This document shows positions 36,042 through 43,813 of a stretch of DNA of 64,000 nt, in pieces (position 1 is the stretch's first letter; each line of letters starts with the position of its first letter). The position numbers were made by a program, and so were the translations under genes. Origin of the DNA: Sphingomonadaceae bacterium (GTDB taxonomy: Bacteria > Pseudomonadota > Alphaproteobacteria > Sphingomonadales > Sphingomonadaceae). The stretch spans positions 7,337-71,336 of the forward strand of contig JAFAZF010000035.1 of NCBI GenBank assembly GCA_019239915.1, given 5' to 3'. The notes beneath the pieces are model-generated. The model made no database searches and had not been told where the DNA came from. It was given only the letters and a program-made list of their open reading frames with translations.

Positions 36042-37079
36042 ATGAGGAAGGCCGGACCATTGGCGAGCGTCGCGAAGAAGGACATCATCGCCATCGGCGG
36101 ATCCGCCGGCAGCAGTGCCGTGCTCAAGCAGTTGCTGAGCCAACTGCCTGAAGGGCTTCCGGCGAGCATCTTCATCAGCACGCACATTCCGGCGCATTCG
36201 CCGAGTATGCTCGCCGAGGTGCTGGCCGGAAATGCTGCGCTGCCGGTCGCGCAGGCCATCGACGGCCAGCCGATCGAGCAAGGGCGGGTCTATGTCGCCG
36301 CGCCAGACCGCCATCTGTTGCTGACCGACGGCGCCATCCGGCTGGGGACGGGGCCGCGCGAGAACATGGTGCGGCCCTCGATCGATCCGATGTTCCGCTC
36401 GGCAGCGCTCTCCTACGGGTCACGTGTCGTTGGCGTCGTGCTGACCGGGCTTCTGAACGACGGCGCTTCGGGGCTCCACGTCATTAAGTCTGCAGGCGGG
36501 ACGACCGTGGTGCAGCACCCGCTGGATGCCGAAGCCGATCAGATGCCGCTGTCCGCTCTCGAGTCGACCGACGTCGATCACGTCGCTCCTGCGGCGAAGC
36601 TGGGCGAGTTACTCATGACGATCGCGGGCACGGACGCCGGCCCCTTTTGTGACGCTTCGGACGAGCTGCGCCTCGAGGTGGAGATTGCAGCCGGCGTGCG
36701 GCTGGGAAGCGACCGGCTGCGACGGATCGCGACGCCGAGCGCACTCTCGTGCCCGGACTGTCATGGCGTGCTGTCCGAGATGAATGGCAGTCGTCCTTTA
36801 CGCTATCGCTGCCAGATCGGCCATGGCTACACGGCCGAAAGCCTCGTGGCGCATATCGACGAGGTCGACGAGGCGGTCCGGATCGCCATGCGCGTGATGG
36901 AGGAGCGCGTGACGCTGGTCGAGCGCATGGCGAAGGATGCGCGCGACACCGGGCGCACGGCGGTGGCGGAACTCTACGAGGCGCGAGCGGAGGAGTATCG
37001 CCGCTATGCCAGCACGCTGCGAGAGGCGGCAGTGACCTCGCTGCGCCTGGGACGAGCGCCCCGCGAGCAGGACATCTGA
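36042..37079 (+). CDS. stand-alone CheB-type methylesterase domain protein with C-terminal Cys/His cluster and helical tail
   Basis: 345 aa. IIAIGGSAGSSAVLKQLLSQLP (nucleophile Ser motif), ...GVVLTGLLNDGASG... No REC domain. CPDCHGVL-x14-YRCQIGH at residues 237-261. Confidence 0.8.
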   Translation: MRKAGPLASVAKKDIIAIGGSAGSSAVLKQLLSQLPEGLPASIFISTHIPAHSPSMLAEVLAGNAALPVAQAIDGQPIEQGRVYVAAPDRHLLLTDGAIRLGTGPRENMVRPSIDPMFRSAALSYGSRVVGVVLTGLLNDGASGLHVIKSAGGTTVVQHPLDAEADQMPLSALESTDVDHVAPAAKLGELLMTIAGTDAGPFCDASDELRLEVEIAAGVRLGSDRLRRIATPSALSCPDCHGVLSEMNGSRPLRYRCQIGHGYTAESLVAHIDEVDEAVRIAMRVMEERVTLVERMAKDARDTGRTAVAELYEARAEEYRRYASTLREAAVTSLRLGRAPREQDI

Positions 37080-37144
37080 TTGAATCGGCTTCTTTAGAGC
37101 GCCTCGACCGCCTATCCTGACAGCGTCACACCTGGGACTGCGGC

Positions 37145-40100
37145 ATGCTCGAATCGGAAGAAGACGTGAAGGATCCCTCGGTCGGGGAGGAAGAGCGGTC
37201 CCGCGACGCGATTATGCCGGTCGTCGGGATCGGCGTCTGCGCGGCGTCGCTGCGCTCGCTCGAGACGCTGTTCACCGGTGTCGCGCCGAACTTGGGTGCG
37301 GCTTATCTGATCGCGGTGCGGCAGCAGGAAGGGCTGGACGTCGCCACGGTCGTCGAGATGCTCACCCGTCAGTCGGCGCTTCCGGTCAGCATCGGCGAGG
37401 ACGGGGAGCCGATCGAGCCGAACCACATCTATGTCGGCGGCTCCGACGACGTGATCGGGATCGAGGACGGGCACCTCAGCGTCCGCCCCACGACCGAGCC
37501 GATCGGAGAGCGCGGCATCATCGACACGATGCTGATCTCGCTCGCCGAGCACGCCCATGATCGCGCCGTGGCGGTGCTGCTCGGCGGCCTCGGTGGCGAG
37601 GGCACCGCGGGCATCACGGCGACGAAGAAATATGGCGGCCTTTCGATCGGGGAGGCCAACACCCCGGATGATGACAATCGCGATCAAGGGGCGGCCGGTC
37701 CGTTCGGGGTCGTCGACCTGCACGTACCCGTCGAGCAGATCGCCACCCAGATTGCGCTCTACCTCAACAATATCGCCAGCATTGCGGCTGCTCCCGAACA
37801 GGAGGAGCTTCCCGAGCAGGTCGAGGCGCAGGTCACCCAGATCACGACCATCCTGCGCAACGTCACCAGCCACGACTTCCACGGCTACAAGCGGGGCACA
37901 TTCCTGCGCCGCGTGCATCGGCGGCTGCAGGTGCTCCAGATCGACTCGATCGACGCGTATGTCGCGCGCCTGCGGAGCGATCGGCAGGAGGTGCAGGACC
38001 TTTTCCAGGACCTGTTGATCGGTGTCACGCAGTTCTTCCGTGATCCGCAGGAGTTCGACGTTCTGGAGCGTGAGCTGCCCAGATTGTTCGAGGGCAAGAG
38101 CGCGGACGATCAATTCCGGGTGTGGGTGCTCGGCTGTGCCACAGGCGAGGAAGCCTATTCGATTGCGATTTTGCTGCGCGAGCAGCTCGCCAATCTCGAT
38201 CATCCGCCGCAGGTGCAGATCTTCGCGACGGATCTCGATGCGCGCGCGCTGGGTCTCGCGCGTGCCGGCCGCTATTCCAGGGCGATCGAGGATCAGATCC
38301 GTCCCGACCGTCTCGAACGCTGGTTCGTGCGTGAGGGCGACACCTATTGCGTGTCGAAGGAGCTGCGGGAGATGTGCATCTTCTCCCCGCACAATGTCAC
38401 CAAGGATGCGCCCTTCTCGCGCATCGACATTCTCTCATGCCGCAATCTGCTGATCTATCTGAGCACCGATCTCCAGAACCGTGTGATCCCGATCTTCCAC
38501 TTCTCGCTGCAACCGGGCGGCGTGCTGTTCCTCGGCAATTCGGAGAACGTCACCCGCCACCAGAAGCTGTTTGCGCCCGTCGATCGAAAGAACCGGGTCT
38601 TCCGCCGGCTGGAGACGGCGACGCGGATCATCCCCGACTTTCCGCTGAGCGCGCGGGCACGCGCCCCGGAGCCGCTCCATGCAACCTATCCGGCGGCGCC
38701 GTCACCGGCTCGCCTATCCGGGCCGGTCAGTCGCCAGGCGGAGGCGATCGCGGAGCGCTATGCGCCCGCCTACGTCGTCATCGACAATCAGGGCGACGCG
38801 CTGCACTTCTCCGGTCGCACCGGGCGTTATCTCGAGCCGGTGTCGGGCATGGCGAGCCTGAACCTGATCAACCTCGTGCATCGCGACCTGCGCGTCGATC
38901 TGCGCGGCGCGCTCCACCGGGCGATTTCGGAATCGCGACGCGTCGAGCTTCCGCGCCTCGCGCTGCGGCAGGACGACCGAACGATCGGCGTCAATCTCGT
39001 CGTGGAGCCGATCGGCACGGGGGACGTGACCTCGCTCGTCGTGCTCTTCCAGGACATGGGACCGCTGCCCGACGGCGCCGGTCCTGGCGAGGGGTCGGGA
39101 GATGCCGAGCATGTCGAGCGGCTCGAGGCCGAGCTGCGCCTGACGCGCGACCGGCTCCAGGCCACGATCGAGGAGCTCGAATCGACCAACGAGGAGCTGA
39201 AATCCTCGAACGAGGAATACCAGTCGATCAACGAGGAGCTGCAATCCGCCAACGAGGAGATGGAAACCTCCAAGGAGGAATTGCAATCGGTCAACGAGGA
39301 GCTGCAGACCGTCAACGGCGAGCTCGCTCATCGCGTCGCGGAATTGGGCCGCAGCAACTCCGACCTGAAGAACCTGCTGGAGGCGACGCAGATCGCCACG
39401 CTGTTCCTCGACAACGATCTGCGCGTTCGCAGCTTCACGCCGTTCGCGACCGAGATCTTCCACCTGCTCGAAACCGATGTCGGCAGGCCGCTGGGTCACG
39501 TCGTGTCGCGCGTCGATTATGCCGAGCTTCAGGAGGATGTCCGCCGCGTCCTGAAGACGCTGGTCCCGATCGAGCGGACCGTGGTCGATCCGCTTACGAA
39601 GCGCCAGTTCGCGGCGAAAGTGCTGCCCTACCGCAGCGTCGACAATTATATCAGCGGTGCGGTCATCACCTTCACCGATCTTACCGCCGTGCATCAAGCC
39701 GAAACGGCGCTGCGAGCCAGCGAGGGGCGGTTGCAGGCGCTGCTCTCCGCCAGTTCTCAGCTCATCTATCGGATGAACGCCGATTGGTCTGAGATGATCG
39801 ACATGGCCGGCAAGGGTTTCCTTGCCGACACACATGAGAGCAGGGCGTGGATGTCGCAGCACATCCCCGCAGGCGAGAGGCCGCGGATGCAGTCGGCGAT
39901 CGATCGCGCGGTGAACGCGAAGCAAGTTTTCGAGCTGGAGCATCGGGTCTGTCGCCTCGACGGCACGATCGGCTGGGCGATCTCCCGCGCGATCCCGATC
40001 ACCGACGGCGACGGCGAGATCGTCGAGTGGTTCGGCTCCGCAAGCGACATTACCGGACGCCGCGAGGCCGAGGAGGCGCTGCGCGAAAGCGAAGGACGCC

Positions 40101-41101
40101 TCAACTCGCTCGTCGAGGGACTGACGCAGCTCGTCTGGCGCGCGATCGACTCGGGGCACTGGACATGGGCCAGCCGCCAATGGCGCGACTATACCGGACA
40201 GACCGAGGCGGAGAGCAAGGGCTGGGGCTGGCTCGAGCCGGTGCATCCCGACGATCGCCCAACCGCCCGCGAGGCATGGAGCCGGGCGGCCGAGCAAGGC
40301 GGCTTCGAGGTCGAGCTGCGGATTCGCCGCGCGCACGACGGCGCCCACCGCTGGTTCCAGGTTCATACGAGCCCCATCAGGGACGATGGCGGTGCCGTCG
40401 TGGAATGGGTCGGCACCTCGACCGACATCAACGAGCTGCGCGATCTGCAGGAGCGGCAGGCCGTCCTCGTCGCCGAGCTTCAGCACCGCACCCGCAACCT
40501 GATCGGGGTCGTGCGCCAGATGGCGATGAAGACGGCGCGTGCGAGCAGCGACATGGACGACTTCCGCGACCGCTTCCGCGAGCGCCTGGACGCGCTCGCC
40601 CGCGTCCAGGGCTTGCTGTCACGGCTCAAGGAGCATGATCGCGTCGCGTTCGACGAGCTGCTACGGACGGAGCTGGCGGCGCATGGGGCGGAGGCCGACC
40701 AGGACGGCCGCGTCGTGATCGACGGTCCAAGCGGGGTGCGGCTGCGCTCGACGACGGTGCAGACGCTCGCCATGGCGCTTCACGAGCTTGCCACGAACGC
40801 GGTCAAATATGGAGCGCTGGGTCAGCCGGAGGCGCAGCTCGCCATCACATGGCGCATGGCGGACGGAGACGGCAGCGGTGAGCCCTGGCTTCACATCGAC
40901 TGGCGGGAGACCGGTGTCGCGATGCCGCAAGCGGACACCAGTCCGCAGGGCGGCGGCCAAGGCCGCGAGCTGATCGAGCGCGCTTTGCCTTACCAGCTCG
41001 CCGCGAGAACAACCTATGTTCTTGAAAGCGACGGCGTTCACTGCACGATCGCGATGCCGGTCTCGGCAACCAACTCCGCAGGACAGGATCAGGATGGCTG
41101 A
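37145..41101 (+). CDS. multidomain CheB-like/CheR methyltransferase - coiled coil - PAS x3 - HWE histidine kinase
   Basis: 1318 aa. N-terminal CheB-like domain (VVGIGVCAASLRSLETLF), CheR SAM domain (FFRDPQEFDVL...FRVWVLGCATGEEAYSIAILL), EE-heptad coiled coil (residues 673-727), PAS repeats, HWE kinase core (ELQHRTRNLIGVV ... LHIDWRETG ... GGGQGRELIE). Confidence 0.9.
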   Translation: MLESEEDVKDPSVGEEERSRDAIMPVVGIGVCAASLRSLETLFTGVAPNLGAAYLIAVRQQEGLDVATVVEMLTRQSALPVSIGEDGEPIEPNHIYVGGSDDVIGIEDGHLSVRPTTEPIGERGIIDTMLISLAEHAHDRAVAVLLGGLGGEGTAGITATKKYGGLSIGEANTPDDDNRDQGAAGPFGVVDLHVPVEQIATQIALYLNNIASIAAAPEQEELPEQVEAQVTQITTILRNVTSHDFHGYKRGTFLRRVHRRLQVLQIDSIDAYVARLRSDRQEVQDLFQDLLIGVTQFFRDPQEFDVLERELPRLFEGKSADDQFRVWVLGCATGEEAYSIAILLREQLANLDHPPQVQIFATDLDARALGLARAGRYSRAIEDQIRPDRLERWFVREGDTYCVSKELREMCIFSPHNVTKDAPFSRIDILSCRNLLIYLSTDLQNRVIPIFHFSLQPGGVLFLGNSENVTRHQKLFAPVDRKNRVFRRLETATRIIPDFPLSARARAPEPLHATYPAAPSPARLSGPVSRQAEAIAERYAPAYVVIDNQGDALHFSGRTGRYLEPVSGMASLNLINLVHRDLRVDLRGALHRAISESRRVELPRLALRQDDRTIGVNLVVEPIGTGDVTSLVVLFQDMGPLPDGAGPGEGSGDAEHVERLEAELRLTRDRLQATIEELESTNEELKSSNEEYQSINEELQSANEEMETSKEELQSVNEELQTVNGELAHRVAELGRSNSDLKNLLEATQIATLFLDNDLRVRSFTPFATEIFHLLETDVGRPLGHVVSRVDYAELQEDVRRVLKTLVPIERTVVDPLTKRQFAAKVLPYRSVDNYISGAVITFTDLTAVHQAETALRASEGRLQALLSASSQLIYRMNADWSEMIDMAGKGFLADTHESRAWMSQHIPAGERPRMQSAIDRAVNAKQVFELEHRVCRLDGTIGWAISRAIPITDGDGEIVEWFGSASDITGRREAEEALRESEGRLNSLVEGLTQLVWRAIDSGHWTWASRQWRDYTGQTEAESKGWGWLEPVHPDDRPTAREAWSRAAEQGGFEVELRIRRAHDGAHRWFQVHTSPIRDDGGAVVEWVGTSTDINELRDLQERQAVLVAELQHRTRNLIGVVRQMAMKTARASSDMDDFRDRFRERLDALARVQGLLSRLKEHDRVAFDELLRTELAAHGAEADQDGRVVIDGPSGVRLRSTTVQTLAMALHELATNAVKYGALGQPEAQLAITWRMADGDGSGEPWLHIDWRETGVAMPQADTSPQGGGQGRELIERALPYQLAARTTYVLESDGVHCTIAMPVSATNSAGQDQDG
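39161..39325 (+). repeat. 21-nt periodic coding repeat (eight EE-heptads) inside the CheR-HWE kinase gene
   Basis: ATIEELE STNEELK SSNEEYQ SINEELQ SANEEME TSKEELQ SVNEELQ TVNGEL. aacgaggagctg-type units recur every 21 nt. Confidence 0.8.
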
Positions 41102-41462
41102 CCGACCACTCGAACGATGCCGCATCCTCGTCGTCGAGGACGAGTATCTGCTCGCCGACGAAATGGCGGACGAGCTGATGGACGAAGGCGCCGTCGTGCT
41201 GGGGCCTGTGCCGAGCGTCGACGGCGCGCTGGCCCTGCTCGACGGCCAATCGCCGGACGGGGCGATCCTCGACCTGAATCTTGGTGGTGAACCGGCCTTC
41301 CGAGTAGCCGATGCGCTGATTGGCCGGGGCGTGCCGCTGATCTTCACAACGGGCTATGACGCCGGCGCGGTGCCGGAGCGGTTCTCGCACATCCGAAGGT
41401 GCGAGAAGCCGGTTAACCTCCGCCGGATCATCGCGGCGCTCGAGAAGGCGCTTCACGCCTGA
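41094..41462 (+). CDS. single-domain response regulator (REC only)
   Basis: Trimmed to ATG 41094, which overlaps the kinase stop (ATGGCTGA). RILVVEDEYLLADE..., AILDLNLGGE, FTTGY. 122 aa. Confidence 0.85.
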   Translation: MADRPLERCRILVVEDEYLLADEMADELMDEGAVVLGPVPSVDGALALLDGQSPDGAILDLNLGGEPAFRVADALIGRGVPLIFTTGYDAGAVPERFSHIRRCEKPVNLRRIIAALEKALHA

Positions 41463-41487
41463 TCGAGCGGCGCCCCGGCCGAAGCGC

Positions 41488-41880
41488 TCAGTCGGTTGGG
41501 TTCGACTTGCGCGAAGCTGCCAGGCTGCCGAAGACGCTGACGAGCTGCCGGGGATCGACCGGCTTCTGCAGGCTTTCCGTGCCCGAAAACCGCTCGGGCA
41601 ACGTACCTGAATCATAACCGGTCACAAACGCGAACGGGATTCCGCGGGATTGCAGCGTGTCGGCCACCTCGAACGCCATCTCGCCGCGCAGATTGATGTC
41701 GAGCAGCACGCCGTCGATTGCGCCGCCGCCCTCGATCAGATCGCGCGCGTCGCTCACCGTTGCCACCGGCCCGAGCACTTCCGCTCCCACTTCGGAGAGC
41801 GCCGATTTTGCGTCGTCAGCCAGATAATATTCGTCTTCGACGATGAGAAGTCGGGTTCCGGCAAGTTGATGCGACGCCAC
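41488..41880 (-). CDS. single-domain response regulator (REC only)
   Basis: 130 aa. RLLIVEDEYYLADD, VLLDINLRGE, FVTGY. A paralog of 41094..41462 on the opposite strand. Confidence 0.85.
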   Translation of the reverse strand: MASHQLAGTRLLIVEDEYYLADDAKSALSEVGAEVLGPVATVSDARDLIEGGGAIDGVLLDINLRGEMAFEVADTLQSRGIPFAFVTGYDSGTLPERFSGTESLQKPVDPRQLVSVFGSLAASRKSNPTD

Positions 41881-42075
41881 AGTCCACTCCTTCGCGCCAT
41901 CACTTAACTCAAGATAGCACGGGGCGGTTCAATCTGCACCGGTGATCTGCTTCGTCGCGAGCCGCTGGGGGGCGCCCGCCTTTTTGAGGCGATCGGCGGA
42001 GATTTCCGAGACAGTTTGCGTTGAAAGCGCGATGACGGACGCGGGATTGCCCGCGTTCATTGTCCTAGGTGCCGC

Positions 42076-42882
42076 ATGGTCGAAGAATCAGTTGCCCGCG
42101 AGCGGCTCGAGCCGGGGTCCGGTGCGGTCACGAGGCGGCAGCCTGCGACGGCTGAAGCCGCTGCGGACGAGTCCCCCGCCGCGCGTGAAATCGGCGAGCT
42201 GCGCGCCGCATTGGCAGCAGCGCAGGAGCGTGAGCGCGTGCTCGCCCATGAGCTGCAGCACCGCATCCGCAACATGCTCGGCGTGATCCGCTCGATCTAC
42301 CGGCGCACCCGCGAAAGCGGCGCCAGCCAGGACGAGTTCGCCGAGCATTTCGAAGGGCGCCTCGATGCGCTGGCGCGGTACCAGGCCCAGGTCGACCATG
42401 TCGGCGCGATCGGCATCGAAGTCGAAGACATGGTGCGCAACGAGCTGCTCGAGAGCCAGTGTCTCGACGGACCGAAGTGCACGATTTCAGGCCCGCCGGT
42501 TCACCTCCGTCAGAAGCCGGCCGAGCTCATGGGGCTGGCGATCCACGAGCTTGCCACCAACGCCATCAAGTTTGGCGCACTTGCGCAACATGGCAGGCTC
42601 GACATCGAATGGTCCCTCGAAGAAGCGGCGGCGGCCGACCTGCTGCGTTTCCGCTGGACCGAGAGCGGCGTTTCCGTCGTGGTCCCGGCGCCGCGGCCTT
42701 CCGGGTTCGGACGCCAGCTGATCGAGGAAGCCCTGCCCTATCAGCTCGGAGCCACAACCAGCTTCGATCTCAAGCCCGGCGGCGTGGAATGCTCCATCCT
42801 GCTTCCCCTACGCGGCCTGACTGCCAAGCCCGATGATCAAGCGGATGAAGAGCCTCCCGCTCTGCCATCCGCAGTGGAGTGA
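42076..42882 (+). CDS. soluble HWE-family histidine kinase without recognisable sensor domain
   Basis: 268 aa. Short coiled coil, then ELQHRIRNMLGVIRSIYRRT (H-box), AIHELATNAIKFGAL, RLDIEWSLEE, SGFGRQLIE. Confidence 0.85.
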   Translation: MVEESVARERLEPGSGAVTRRQPATAEAAADESPAAREIGELRAALAAAQERERVLAHELQHRIRNMLGVIRSIYRRTRESGASQDEFAEHFEGRLDALARYQAQVDHVGAIGIEVEDMVRNELLESQCLDGPKCTISGPPVHLRQKPAELMGLAIHELATNAIKFGALAQHGRLDIEWSLEEAAAADLLRFRWTESGVSVVVPAPRPSGFGRQLIEEALPYQLGATTSFDLKPGGVECSILLPLRGLTAKPDDQADEEPPALPSAVE

Positions 42883-42886
42883 TCCC

Positions 42887-43624
42887 ATGACTATCTTGAA
42901 AGCGCCGCTCGCCGGTGGGTCGCCTTTATTGACGCGGCTGTCCCGCCTGACGCGCCTCGATGATATGGCGGTAGAAGCGTTGCAGACAGCGGCGAGGGAC
43001 GTGCGCCGCTCGCCCCCGCGGCGGGAGCTGATCTCGGAGGGTGAGCCGATCCGCGAAAGGTACGCGCTGCTAGCGGGCTGGGCCTGCCGGCAGCGCATCC
43101 TGTCCGATGGGCGGCGTCAGATCCTGAGCTTCCTGCTGCCCGGCGACCTCATCGGCGTGTGTCAGCACAGCAATCCCTTGGCTGCGACGACGATAATTGC
43201 GATCAGCGAGTTGGTGACCTGTCCGGCACCCGTTGCCGATCCAGGCAGCGCCCTCGCTGAGGCTTATGCTCGAAGCGCCGCGCTCGAAGAGCGTTACATG
43301 TTGGCGCACATCACTCGTCTGGGGAGGTTCGATGCTAGGGAGCGGTTGGCAGACTGGCTCCTCGAGACGCAGCAGCGTCTTGCCACGACGGGTCTCTCGG
43401 TTGCCGATCAGTTTCCGCTGCCGCTGACGCAGGAGATGTTGGCAGATGCACTCGGGCTCACGAGCGTTCACGTCAATAGAACGCTGCAAGCGATGCGACG
43501 CGACGGCTTGCTGATCTTGCGTCAAGGAATGGCGTTCCTCCCTGACCGCGATCAACTCGAGAAGCTGGTCGAATATAAGCCCGCGCGCGTGAGCGCTGGC
43601 GGCGAAAACTACGCGACGCCATAG
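42887..43624 (+). CDS. Crp/Fnr-family transcriptional regulator
   Basis: Trimmed to ATG 42887. cNMP-binding-like barrel (RRELISEGEPIRERYALLAGWACRQRILSDGRRQILSFLLPGDLIG) and C-terminal HTH (LTQEMLADALGLTSVHVNRTLQAMRRDGLL). Confidence 0.85.
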   Translation: MTILKAPLAGGSPLLTRLSRLTRLDDMAVEALQTAARDVRRSPPRRELISEGEPIRERYALLAGWACRQRILSDGRRQILSFLLPGDLIGVCQHSNPLAATTIIAISELVTCPAPVADPGSALAEAYARSAALEERYMLAHITRLGRFDARERLADWLLETQQRLATTGLSVADQFPLPLTQEMLADALGLTSVHVNRTLQAMRRDGLLILRQGMAFLPDRDQLEKLVEYKPARVSAGGENYATP

Positions 43625-43813
43625 CTCCGCTGCTCCCTGAGGGCCACCGTTCTGTATCCGTTAGCGCGGTGGGCTCACGGTCAAAATGCGGAGTTGCTTA
43701 CGTCTGCTTACCGACAGCAGCGGCCGTCCGCGAGTGGTTCGCGAACGCTCAATCGAGATGTGCGATCGTTCACGCGGCCGAAGTGAACGAACGGTGGGAG
43801 GATTGAGGAAAGG

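Noticed and set aside
37112-40486. ORFs 37112..38392 (-), 38714..40486 (-) and 38347..39792 (+), 426-590 aa
   Set aside because: All lie inside the 1318-aa CheR-PAS-HWE kinase gene, in antisense or alternative frames. The kinase frame alone carries domain motifs throughout.
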